64,000 nt of DNA, from contig NC_043000.1 in NCBI RefSeq assembly GCF_006345805.1, positions 99,758,001 through 99,822,000 on the forward strand, in the 5' to 3' direction. Of this stretch, positions 1 through 11,504 are shown in pieces; position 1 is the stretch's first letter, and every line of letters starts with the position of its first letter. Source of the DNA: Octopus sinensis (taxonomy: Eukaryota). Position numbers and translations under genes: made by a program. The notes under the pieces are model-generated. The model was given only the letters and a program-made list of their open reading frames with translations, was not told the DNA's origin and ran no database searches.

Positions 1-78
1 CAGTCTTCCCATTCTCATTCAAGAGGGAGAGAATCATAATTTTGCTCCAGTCATGACTTTCTGAAGGATATTCCTGGT

Positions 79-298
79 AATATTCTTTTCTACTTTAGGA
101 AAAAGGCTTGAAATTTTGCTGGGAGGGGGTTAAACAAATTACATTGCCTCTTCAACTAGTACTTATTTTTATCTACCTCAAAAGGATGAAAGGCCAAGTC
201 AAACTTCAATGAAATATGAACTCAGAATATAAAGAGACAAAAGAAACGCTGTCAAGCATTTTATCCTGAGCCAGTAATGATTCTGCCAGCTCACCACA
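79..298 (-). mobile_element. SINE family A, degenerate copy
   Basis: Alignable by eye to better copies at 41693-41929 and 46195-46385 (GGATGAAAGG..AAGTC, GAACTCAGAA, TTCTGCCAGCTC). Confidence 0.6.
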
Positions 299-879
299 TT
301 AATTTTACTGCTAATTATGATGGGAAATATCTGGAAATGAAGAGTGGGTTGGGCTTACAGCTGGCTGATTTGCAGAGATCCTAGTTTTGTGTGGAGTTCA
401 TCTGAAGTCAGGCCTATTCCCAGAGAACAGGCCTTACTTGCTGGCCTTCTAACAACAGGGAGATTGTCATGTTTAATGTCCTTGGTAACCCAGCTGAACA
501 AAGCTGCTCTGTCTTTCTGTTGATGTTGATGTTTTTGTTCAACCGTCGTTCAACCCTGCTACAAAAATCCTACAATCAAAGTAGTTACAGCCATAACCAT
601 CCCATCCTTTTGTTCCGGTGTTGTATATCTAGGTTTATATTATCCAATGTTTTCCTCTTTTTAAAGAAAGTAGGCGTTGCAATGCAAGAGAGACATGTTT
701 GGTGTTTCTTGCTGGTCAGTATATCACGAAAAGCCTGCCCTATCGGCTTGCCATATCACCGTTTTAAGTGAAGGAGGTCCCTTCTGCAATAGCATCTACA
801 GTATTTAAGGAGGGCTTTCAAAGTTTACTATCACTACCACACCCCTTCTTCTGATATAAAAATGAGACTCTGTGTGTTT

Positions 880-980
880 GTGCACACACACACATATATA
901 TATATATATATAGATGCATTGGCTTATTAGAAATTTTTCAACCGAAAGGCACACACACACACACACATATATATATTACA

Positions 981-1030
<50 letters not shown>

Positions 1031-1068
1031 TATATATGTATATAGCTTATATATGTGTATGTATATGC

Positions 1069-1105
<37 letters not shown>

Positions 1106-1446
1106 ATATATATGCACATATATATGTATATATGCTTATATATCTGTATGTATATGCATATATATATATATATATATATGCATATATATATGTTGTGTAT
1201 CTGTGTTTGTTCCCCCGGCATCGCTTGACAACCGATGCTGGTATGTTTAGGTCCCTGTAACTTAGCAGTTCGGCAAAAGAGACTGATAGAATAAGTACTA
1301 GGCTTACAAAGAATAAGTCCTGGGGTAGATTTGATTCGACTAAAGGCGGTGACCCACCATGGCCGCAGTCAAATGACTGAAACAAGTAAAAGAATAAAAG
1401 AATACATGTGTATATGTATATATGCACATATATATATTGTATGGTA

Positions 1447-1477
<31 letters not shown>

Positions 1478-1555
1478 TATATATATATGTGCATATATAT
1501 TATATATATATATATATATATTATATTATATATATATGTGCATTTATATATATAT

Positions 1556-1588
<33 letters not shown>

Positions 1589-1761
1589 TTTAATATGTGC
1601 ATTATATATAATATATATCTATATATATATGTGCATATATATATATATATATATATATGTGCTATATATATATATATATGTGCATATATATATATATGTG
1701 CATATATATATATATATATATGTGCATATATATATATGTGCATATATATATATATATATGC

Positions 1762-1799
<38 letters not shown>

Positions 1800-1867
1800 T
1801 TTATATATATATATATATATGCATTTATATATATATTATAATATATAATATATAATATATGCATTTA

Positions 1868-1902
<35 letters not shown>

Positions 1903-2127
1903 CATTTATATATATATATATATATGCATTTATATATAATTATTATATATATAATATATATATGCATTATATATATTATATATATATATATATGTGCATA
2001 TATATATATATATATATATATGTGCCTATATATATATGTGCATATATATATATATATGCATTTATATATATATTATATATATATATAATATATATGCATT
2101 TATATATATATATATATATGCATTATA

Positions 2128-2158
<31 letters not shown>

Positions 2159-2168
2159 GCATTTATAT

Positions 2169-2199
<31 letters not shown>

Positions 2200-2307
2200 G
2201 TATTTATATATATATTATATATAGATATATATATCTTATATATATATATATATGCATTTATATATATATTAAATATCTATATTATATATATAATATATAT
2301 TATATAT

Positions 2308-2340
<33 letters not shown>

Positions 2341-2660
2341 TAAATATATATATATATGCATTTATATATATATGCATTTATATTATATATATATATATAT
2401 ATATATGCATTTATATATTATGCATTTATATATATATGCATTTATATATATATGCATTTATATATATATGCATTTATATATATATGCATTTATATATATA
2501 TGCATTTATATATATATGCATTATATATATATATATATATATGCATTTATATATATATGCATTTATATATATATATATATATATGCATTTATATATATGC
2601 ATTTATATATATATATATATATGCATTTATATATATATGCATTTATATTTATATATATAT
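880..2660. repeat. (TA)n-rich low-complexity block punctuated by TGCA/GCATT, with a SINE B half embedded
   Basis: Directly visible; source of the many Y/I/H ORFs in the track. Confidence 0.95.
1191..1403 (+). mobile_element. SINE family B, 3' half
   Basis: CATCGCTTGACAACCGATGCTGG...GACTAAAGGCGG...GACTGAAACAAGTAAAAGAATAAAAGAAT, shared with many other copies in the window. Confidence 0.85.
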
Positions 2661-2942
2661 AGTTTCGTGTCCGTTGCCAGCCTCGCCTGGCCCTCGTGCC
2701 GGTGGCACATAAAAAGCACCATCCGTTCGTGGCCGTTTGCCAGCTCTGTCTGGCACCAGTGCGGGTGGCACGTAAAAAGCACCCACTACACTCACGGAGT
2801 GGTTGGCGTTAGGAAGGGCATCCAGCCGTAGAAACACTGCCAGATTTGACTGGGCCTGATGAAGCCTTCTGGCTTCACAGACCCCAGTAGAACCGTCCAA
2901 CCCATGCTAGCATGGAAAACGGACGCTAAATGATGATGATGA

Positions 2943-2946
<4 letters not shown>
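2660..2946 (+). mobile_element. Family E: RTE-type retroelement 3' end with (TGA)n tail
   Basis: GTTAGGAAGGGCATCCAGCCGTAGAAA...CCAACCCATGCTAGCATGGAAAACGGACGCTAAATGATGATG; related copy at about 8045-8312. Confidence 0.65.
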
Positions 2947-2983
<37 letters not shown>

Positions 2984-3176
2984 TTTATATATATATGCAT
3001 TTATATTTATATATATATATATATAAGCATATATTTATATATTTGCCTTTCAGTTGAAGATTTGCTAACAAGCCACCCTTATTATTCATATATGTGCGCA
3101 CACATATATATATATATATATGTATAAACTTTATATATGTATATATATGCACACACATACATATATGTCTGTGTTT

Positions 3177-3560
3177 GTGAAGGCGCGTGGCTTAGTCATC
3201 ATCATTGTTCGACCGTGGTCGAGACAATGGAATTTACCAGGCTACGCCAGACTTCACGGTCCATCATAGCATTAGTGGCTTAGTGGTTAGGGCATTTGGC
3301 ACACGATCTTAAGGTCCTTGAGCAAGGCACTTTATTTCTTATTGTTCCATTCCACTCAGCTCGCAAAAATAAATAGTACCTGTATTTCAAAGGGCCAGCC
3401 TTGTCACACTCTGTGTCACGCTCAATCTCCCTGAGAACTTCGTTAAAGGCACACGTGTCTGTGGAGTGCTCAGTCACTTGCACGTTGATTGCATGAGCAA
3501 GCTGTTCCGTTGATCGTATCAGGTAGGACCCTCGTCGTCGTAACCGACGGAATGCTCCTT
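3177..3560 (+). mobile_element. SINE family C, interrupted by a 78-bp insertion
   Basis: Head GAAGGCGCGTGGCTTAGT/GGTTAGGG, body CCTTGAGCAAG...GTCGTAACCGACGG; related copies at 12.9, 27.9, 40.3 and 48.0 kb. Confidence 0.8.
3197..3274 (-). mobile_element. 5'-truncated LINE 3' end with 10-bp target-site duplication
   Basis: GTGGCTTAGT at 3187-3196 and 3275-3284 flanks the insert. The minus strand reads AMMDREVWRSLVNSIVSTTVEQ** then a (TGA)n tail. Confidence 0.7.
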
Positions 3561-3770
3561 TAATATATATATATTGGAAGGTTTGGAGATGATGTACAGA
3601 TATTTTATATTAGAAGAAATGAGGTACTCAGAAATTCAGATGGTTTTATATTTACAGATATTTATTTGTATATTACCTGTTTTTATACATCATATAACTT
3701 AAATCGTGTATTAGCGCTTTCTCCCATTCTAGTGCGGTTTTCAAATCGAACTATATATATATATATATAT

Positions 3771-3892
3771 ATTTATTATATAGAAGGAGCTTCTACAGGA
3801 CTAGAACTGTTTCATTCAAGAGAAATCTTCAGGAAGATTTCTCTTGAATGAAACAGTTCTAGTCCTGTAGAAGCTCCTTCTATATAATAAAT
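3771..3892. repeat. Perfect palindrome, 60-bp arms, 2-nt loop
   Basis: 3771-3830 is the exact reverse complement of 3833-3892 (checked base by base). Confidence 0.95.
3801..3832 (-). ncRNA. Partial hammerhead-like motif (5' strand of helix I missing)
   Basis: Minus strand reads CUGAAGA-UUUCUCUUGAAU-GAAAC-A-GUU-CUAG; helix II is weak (3 bp). Confidence 0.35.
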
Positions 3893-3958
3893 TAATTTTA
3901 CTCTGCTATGTATTGAGTACCTTATTTACTGTGGTTAACCCCGAATCAACCCGGGACC

Positions 3959-4007
<49 letters not shown>

Positions 4008-4399
4008 GATATATATGCACACACACACACATATAAATGCATATATATATATGCACACACATAACATCACTTGAGTTCGATACCTATATATATATATATA
4101 TATATATACATACATACATATATATATATGTATAAGCGCGCGTGTGTATATATATGTATGTATATAATATATTTTAATGCATGTGCGTATGTGTGTATAC
4201 ACACATTCACACACAAACCCATATACTCACGCACACGTATATATACAAAAATATATATACGTGTGCGTTTATGTATGTGCATATATACGTGTAAGCATAC
4301 ATACATTACGTTCATAAACTTGTGAACATACGTAGTATTTTAATGTTCAAGTGGGAAGTGTATTCAGGGGAGATAACTCACATGTTTACATGTTTTTGT

Positions 4400-5773
4400 G
4401 TGCACATGTGTTTTGTAACGTTCTAACCAATCTGTGTTCAGTTTCGCCTCACGTCACCACATCGCGATTTGGAATGCTCTGGTCAAGATATGGACATGCT
4501 CCAACGCTCAACCGTATCCTTGGTTGACTAGGTTAGTCAGCTGGTTTAATGTGTGTTTACTGAACAGACAGATAGATTGACAGGCCTTCGCCACATCAAA
4601 CGGTACGTACAGTTGTTGAATTCGTAAACCTATAAATAGCTGGATAAAAGAACTCCAGGAATTAGAAGCTAATGGGGGGAACATCTCCTTATACGTTTGC
4701 CTTGCTAGAAATAACTGCCAAATTATCCTCAGATCGCACTGTAGCGTCGTAAAATATAACAGGAAGGACGCATAGGATAATATTACTCTTGCTACATCAT
4801 GCATGGAAAAAAAAAAAATGATAAAAACGACGGGTTTGTTTCAGCTAAAACACCTTTGATCATAAATAGTCTGCTCTATCAGGGCTGACTAGGGTCAATC
4901 AACAACAGCAACAAATACTGCCTCTATTATATCTACTAATACTAGTTCTTAAAAAACTAACGAGATATCGTTCGAATTGTTTAAAAAAAGAAAAGAGACA
5001 AAACAAAATAAACGTGGAGAAGAAAAATGAACATCAAAGTAAAAACAGATATGCATTGGATAATGTAGTCGTAGATATTATGTCTGAAAGAAAATAACAA
5101 AATCATTATAAACACAAAGGCGTATCGGTTGCAACTGTCATGCTTTTTTTTAAATCAGAGGTTCGCTCGATCAGGGCTGGCCTGGGGCTAAACTACAGCG
5201 AGAACCGAAAGAAGTACGTCTTAAGTAGTTATATAAGACTCAGTTCACCAGGAAGACCGCTTATTATACGTTTTTCTTTACGTTATCACTTTCCGCTTTC
5301 TCCCACTTGCAAAAAAATATCTACCAACGACGCTTTTTCTCTCTCCCCCTCTCTCTCTCCATCTGTGTATGTGTGTGTGTGAATATATATAAATATAAGT
5401 ATATATATACATACATACATATATGCGTGCGTGTGTGTATTTCTTTGTCGCGGCAACAGTAAACTGTCTCGTAGCCCTTCGTCGTCAGCTGTAAATAAAC
5501 AAAACAATATATATAATTAATAGACCCATTTTATAGGCGAATCCTGTCTTTTTTGGGGTTGTTGTTATATTCCCCCGGGGGTCGATTAAAATTATTATAT
5601 TGCCGTGGTGTCGGCAAACTTTATTCGCAATTATTAATCCAATGTATAATTAGCATAATTGTGAGAAGGTACTTGGCCTTGATAGACGAGGTAGGTAATT
5701 CTGGATCCGTAAAGGCTCCTTGAATGGCACTTGGTGACCTGTCCCCCTCCCTCCGGCTGGGACGTCGCGTTTC

Positions 5774-5800
<27 letters not shown>
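4400..5800. promoter_or_regulatory. CpG-retaining region, candidate promoter or first exon of the Kelch gene
   Basis: CpGs are visibly more frequent than in 6-28 kb. A donor-like GAG|GTAGGT lies at 5690/5691. The Kelch ATG exon is preceded by an acceptor, so an upstream exon is needed. Inference only. Confidence 0.25.
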
Positions 5801-5822
<22 letters not shown>

Positions 5823-5889
5823 GATTCTGCACGAGCCTAAATCCGTTTGTGTAATTTGTCCTTGTATGTAGCCCTCATGTGTCACCCTT

Positions 5890-6077
5890 GTGGTAATTGG
5901 CAGAATCATTAGCGACATTTCTTCCATTCTGGGCTCAAATCCCACCGAGGTCAACTTTGCTTTTTCAGCCTTCGAGGTCGATAAGATAAAGAACCAGTTA
6001 AATACTAGAGTCGATGTGATCGACTGTCCCCCCTCCCCGAAATTTCAGGCCTTGTGCCTATAGTAGAAAGGATTATT

Positions 6078-6116
<39 letters not shown>

Positions 6117-6135
6117 GATATTATTATTATTATTA
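5890..6135 (+). mobile_element. SINE family A with (ATT)n tail
   Basis: GGCAGAATC..CAAATCCCACCGAGGTC..AAATTTCAGGCCTTGTGCCTATAGTAGAAAGG(ATT)n. Confidence 0.8.
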
Positions 6136-6242
6136 ACAACATAGCCATAACTTTATAATTTGTTTATTTTCTCCTGACAACAATGCACGGAATTATTTTC
6201 TTCTTTTCAATTTATATAATTATTTTACCATTAATTACTTTA

Positions 6243-6440
6243 ATAAGCTGGTAGAATTGTTAGTGCATCAAACAGAATGTCTAGCAGTATTTCGTCCAAT
6301 TCATTACATTCTGAGTTCAAATCCCACTCAGGTTAACTTTGCCTTTCATTCCTCCACAGTCATGTACTGCAGTTGATGTAATCAACGACTTGCATCCCCC
6401 ACTCAAAATTGCTGGCTTTGTGCTAGAAATTAGAATTATT
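6243..6440 (+). mobile_element. SINE family A, CpG-decayed copy
   Basis: GCTGGTAGAATTGTTAG...TTCTGAGTTCAAATCCC...; most CpGs seen in younger copies are replaced. Confidence 0.65.
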
Positions 6441-6924
6441 TTTGATAACTATAAATCATTTTATTTTATCGTTTTGAGAGTTCTATTTGGTTTAAGTCCA
6501 TAATAATAATAATAATTATTATTATATCCTTAAACAAACCTTATTCAGGAACCTTTAGATTGGGATGGGCTACTCAACCTTCAAGGTCATGCACTGTTTA
6601 TCTTGATATGAGATCACCATGTTGCGCACATGGTTGTGATGCATGTGCTTGATGTACCCTTATCAGGTGGGCATATTCGGCTTCATAATTGTACCCCAGT
6701 GTCATTTTGATGGCATGTGCTGGGTCAGATGAAATTCTGGATGCTCTACCTGTCCTCCCTTGTTCCCAAGCAATGTAATATTTACTCATAGTCCGTGTTT
6801 TTATACAAGATTGAAAAGAAACAACACTGCTTGTACGACATTGATGCTTGTTTACAGTTAGTGCATGATGCCAATGCAAGGAGACACGTGCATGCACAAG
6901 CACATGTTCACACACTCACACGCA

Positions 6925-7098
6925 CAGCAGGCTTCCTCACCCCCAGTTTTTATTTTGTCTACCAAATTTATTCACATGGCTTTGATTAGCCTGAGGCTAT
7001 CATAGAAGACACTTGCCCAAAGTGTAGCACAGTGGTATTGAACCTGAAACTACATGGTTGTGAAGTGAATTTCTAAGCCACATAGCTATGCCCGTACT
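6925..7098 (-). mobile_element. SINE family B, 5' half, degenerate
   Basis: GAGGCTATCATAGAAGACACTTGCCCAA..GAACCTGAAACTACATGG. Confidence 0.6.
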
Positions 7099-8044
7099 TT
7101 TAACAAAATGTATATATATATATTAAGTGCACATATATCAGGTTTCATAATGTATATGTATATTTAATATGCATATAAGATATTTATATAAAATAATGTC
7201 CCTCATATCTCACCCTACTGTTTTTAAAGAAAAACAGGAAATACACATTGCATGCCTTGTGGTATTGAGTTACATCCCTGTCCATTCTGAATTGTACTAT
7301 GTATGATCTAGTTGTCGGCTAGCTTTTGTGGAGTCCACTTTATTGCAAGTATTCAAACCAGGGTTTTCCTTCTACCAGTCTGGGAGGCCTTGTAATAAGT
7401 CATGGGTGTTATCCTTTCCTTCCCTGATTTAGTCATAACAAATGATAATGATGAGGAGGAGGAGGAGGAGAACTAATGATAATGGTGGTATAACTTAGAC
7501 AAGGTAATTGATATTCATGGCTTTGATTATGGTTATGGTAATGTTAAAGTGGGTTACCAGGTATATTGATGTGCTGCTTCCTGTAGTGCTAACCCCAGGG
7601 TCATGGTTTCTTCTTTCATTTTGCTCAACTATTTGTGAGGACCTGCAAAAGTCAAGGACACAGCTCTTCTTTCTTGCATTAACTTATACTGCCAACTTCC
7701 AGTACTCCCTGCCACAGACACATTTGCTAAACTCCTTGAGAACTTGTAACCTTGTGTCTGTATTAGATATTGCTAATTCATGTTCTAATGGAGTTTTTAT
7801 AAGTATTTATATATCGACTGAAACACTGCTAACTCCTTCTCTTATTACTTATCATATCCGTTCTAAGTAACTGGTACATCACATTACTTTTTACACCAAT
7901 TGTCTTTCATCCATCCATCTATTTCGCCACCCACTGTTCCTGGGTGGGTTGTCTGGGTAGTGTCCTCAGGTATCTCTTTCATAGGGTCCTAACGTTATCC
8001 TGCTTTTGACAATATATATCTAGACTCATCAAGCCAAGTGAAAT

Positions 8045-8312
8045 CATAGTTGTGACTGGTGCTAGTGACATGTAAAAGCATCTGTGCCAGTGACTTATGA
8101 AAGCACCTGTACCGCTGACACATAAAAGCACCCATATTAATGACATGTACAAGGCATCTACTACAGTCTTGGAGTGGTTGGCATTAAGAAGGACATCCAG
8201 CTGTAGAAACCAATCAAAATCAGACTGGAACCTGGTACAGCTCTCTGGCTTACCAGTTCCAGTCAAGCTGTCTAACCCATGCCAGCATGGAAAGCCGATG
8301 CTAAATGATGAT
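8045..8312 (+). mobile_element. Family E RTE-type 3' end, decayed
   Basis: GAGTGGTTGGCATTAAGAAGGACATCCAGCTGTAGAAA...AACCCATGCCAGCATGGAAA..ATGATGATG. Confidence 0.6.
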
Positions 8313-8339
8313 GAGGATGATCCCCAAACATGACCAGGT

Positions 8340-8700
8340 GAGAGTATGGATATTACCAAACCATCTCTTTCTTCGTCTACCCATAGGCCCTCTGCAAAGT
8401 TGGCTGAGCTTGAAGAATCTGTATTGTGATCCTTTTGTGTGACATCCTAATGACATGTGTATGGTACTAAAGCTATGACTTTTTGATGCGGAGAAATAAC
8501 TCCTACTTGGCATTGTCTCTCACACCGAGCATCTCTCTGAAAGAATTCAATAAAATTTTTGAGGGATAGCGAGAGAGAGACAGCGTTTTCTGGCAGATGA
8601 TCTGCCTTTCTTAAAGTTGTCTAATGATATTTTCTTCCATATAAGGTGAGATCACTATATGTTTGCTGGACTCGTATTCAACAAAGGAGTTTTTATATAG
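8340..8700 (-). pseudogene. Decayed LINE RT C-terminal fragment (RTE-like)
   Basis: Across frames the minus strand gives HVIRMSHKRITIQILQAQPT and GRRRKRWFGNI, resembling the GHV.RM...R.P.GRPR.RW C-terminus of RTE-type ORFs. Confidence 0.45.
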
Positions 8701-8978
8701 TCACTCAACCTGCTGGAAGTGGCACCCTATTCTTCCTTAAATTAAGCTCTGCCATTTTAAGCAAGTTAGTATGGAAAGGGTTGAGACTGTCACTGACTAT
8801 ATAATACAAACGTCTGAGTTTCAAATGATCTAACTTAAAAACCTTCCATCAAAATTTCACATTAATTTCTATTTCAGACACCAACTTAGTAATGGCTAAG
8901 TTACCAAAATAAAAAAAAAAAGGAAAAAAAAATTGCTTTTAATTGTGGAGCTTGAAGTAGATAAAGCTATAAATCAGT

Positions 8979-9011
<33 letters not shown>

Positions 9012-9148
9012 GGAGATGTACTCGCATAGCAAGTGATTTGATCTGAGATCGTGTGCTGAAACGAAAACAATTGCAGCGTGGAAGGTGTTTGTAAGCCATT
9101 TAAGAAACACACAAAAGCCATTCGATTCACTTCAACATTTAAGTTTAA

Positions 9149-9198
9149 TTTGTCAAAATATTTTCGTCGCTAAAATCCGCGACCTGTTCACTGACAAA
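9149..9198 (-). ncRNA. Minimalist type I hammerhead-like ribozyme, G3-C8 core variant
   Basis: UUUGUCA-GUGAACA-G-GUCGC-GGAUUUUA-GCGAC-GAAAA-UA-UUU^UGACAAA: 7-bp helix I, 5-bp helix II, palindromic AAUAUU helix III. Confidence 0.6.
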
Positions 9199-9220
9199 AA
9201 CCCGTGATGCAGAACGGATT

Positions 9221-9270
9221 TTTGTCAGTGAACAAGTCGCGGATTTTAGCGACGAAAATATTTTGACAAA
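9221..9270 (+). ncRNA. Minimalist type I hammerhead-like ribozyme, G3-C8 core variant (mirror copy)
   Basis: TTTGTCA GTGAACA A GTCGC GGATTTTA GCGAC GAAAA TA TTT TGACAAA. Confidence 0.6.
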
Positions 9271-11131
9271 TTAAACTTAAATGTTGAAGTGAATCGAATG
9301 GCTTTTGTGTGTTTCTTAAATGGTTTACAAACACCTTCCAGGCTGCAATTGTTATATATATATATATATTGAGTAGACTAAGAAAAAACAGAATCTTAAA
9401 TGGGTAAAACGATAAATTTTGAGAAAGTTATGTGCAATGACAATTGATTCAAAGAGTTTATTACTTGTAATTATTAATAGGAAATTGGAAAATGAAATAA
9501 TTATTATTGGAAGATTGAAAAGTGAAAGAAACCAAGCATCAGTCTATCTTGGTTATTTTTTTCAGCATAATCATCATCACTTGTAATCCCAACCATACTT
9601 GCCACCACCATCTGCCTCGTCTCATCACTCATGCATACACGCAGATATATGCAATAGCCTTATGAACTCATATCTTATGTTGGTGCTGAAATAAGATGCA
9701 CAATAAAGTATCTGTCCATTCTAGTGTTCTATCACCTCAGTTGTTGCCCCCACTCTTCTCATCTCATCCCTACCCCTGCAAGGGAACAACAATAAATAGA
9801 TAAACAACATGCCTAGCATCAAAGAAAGCTACTGAACCATTAAATTTCCACTCCCCGATTACACTTAGCTCTACTCTGCTTCATTCTCTGCAAAAGTAAA
9901 GAAAAGAGCCACCTGCTAATATCCTGCCCCGCCTGGTTGTTTGTGCATCTTGGCACAGACCCACCTTAACTTGTGCAGGCCTAGGAGGAGGATAGCATTT
10001 AGGAACAGTAGCAGCTGTGGAATATTGTTGTTGCTGTTGTTAGTGTTTGTGGTGGTGATGATGATGATGATGGTGGTAGTGCTAGTGCTGAGTAGTGCTG
10101 TGTAGCCCCCGGTCAGCTCTAATAGAGCAGATTTATGGCACCAAGTATAACATTATTGTCCGAACAACTAGGCATAACCCCGAGATCTATTGCTCCAGAT
10201 ATACTATGTCACCTGCCTAGCTGAAAACCACACAGCACAATCCAACATCTTGTGGTTGATCTTTCCAGGTGCATTGTTGCAGACTGAACATGTTCTTTCT
10301 TTCTCTCTCTCCCCATTGACCAAGCCTGCTTATGTACATCTGATGTTGTTCTTTAGCTCCACAACTGCTCTGACCTATGATTAAAAGCATTCCAACCATG
10401 ATCATCCTGTCTTTTTTCTTTTCTTCTTTTGCTCCTTTGTTGGTTGTATATGTGCCTAGCACTAACAAGATTTAGATTTAAGTGGATTTGGTTGCTATTT
10501 CTAGTAGGTTTAGTGACCATGCGGAGGCTCCCTTGTGGAAATTCTGGTGGTGATTAAAATGGAAACAGGTGAGATACACCTGTTAAAAATAGTAAATAAA
10601 TCTTCCTGAAATTTCACCTCTACCATCTTAAAAGAGGAAATGGTTTGTTGAGGTAATTAGGAAGCAACAAAATTCCCCTCAAAGCATACTTTGGTATCTT
10701 AAAAGAGGTGATGGCTTCTAAGCAAATGAGAATGCTGCAATGTGGTTACTTAAATTGTTTTAGAAATAGTTGCCACATTTTCCTGATATCATACCTTACA
10801 ATCTCAAAAAATAAAAACAGAAAAAAGGATATATTTGAGAATGTAGCCGAAACACACTGTGCCTAGAAAACGTAGATGGGGTGGTCACAGATGGTATGCC
10901 TGTAATCATTTTTTCTGTATGTGTCTTGAACCATGGGACTAACCAGGCCAGTTACCTAGTTTTCATGGCATATAGAGGTCAAGGTCACAACATTCCCTCT
11001 GAAGGGAGGGTTACTTATTTACAGCTTAAGAGACTAGAGCAATGCAAAATGCAGTGTTTTACAGTTCTATATTTAAGAGATGAGGAATTATTTACATTCA
11101 ACGGATATTTGTCCTCATCATGTTTGTTGTT

Positions 11132-11174
11132 AACACGTTTCGGCTGATATACCCTCCAGCCTTCTTCAGGTGTT
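11132..11174 (-). ncRNA. Degenerate hammerhead-like motif (cleavage triplet deleted)
   Basis: ACAC-CUGAAGA-A-GGCUG-GAGGGUAUAU-CAGCC-GAAAC-GUGUU. Confidence 0.45.
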
Positions 11175-11460
11175 TTGGGGAAATTTCGAACCTGGGTTCT
11201 CATTCCTAAGGTATTTTTCGATGTTATTATTATTATAATTATTATTAGTGTTATTGTTCAGGTCACTGCTTGGAATCGAACTCGGAATCTTGGGGTTAGT
11301 AGCCCACACTCTTAACCACTACACCCCAAGATTCCAAGTTTGATTCCAAGCAGTGACTTGAACAATAATAATAATAATGATGATAATAATAATAATAATA
11401 ATAATAATAACATCGAAAAATACCTTAGGAATAAGAACCCAGGTTCGAAGTTTCCTCAAG

Positions 11461-11504
11461 ACACTTGAAGAAGGCTGGAGGGTATATCAGCCGAAACATT
11501 GTGT
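11461..11504 (+). ncRNA. Degenerate hammerhead-like motif (C3U; AUU in place of GUU)
   Basis: ACAC-TTGAAGA-A-GGCTG-GAGGGTATAT-CAGCC-GAAAC-ATT-GTGT. Confidence 0.45.

Larger units (their letters stand above)
9066..9353. repeat. Near-perfect palindrome, 140-bp arms, 8-nt loop, about 4 mismatches, within TA runs
   Basis: 9066-9205 versus the reverse complement of 9214-9353; loop GATGCAGA. Confidence 0.95.

Noticed and set aside
2856-2876. CTGATGA followed by the hairpin AGCC-TTCT-GGCT
   Set aside because: No GAAA or NUH follows, and the related family E copy at 8.2 kb lacks the motif; chance match.
976-3127. Numerous 60-170 aa ORFs rich in Y/I/H/M/C (also at 3.9, 13.8, 25.4, 48.7, 54, 58.6 and 61 kb)
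   Set aside because: Translations of TA/CA/GATA microsatellites; no coding signal.
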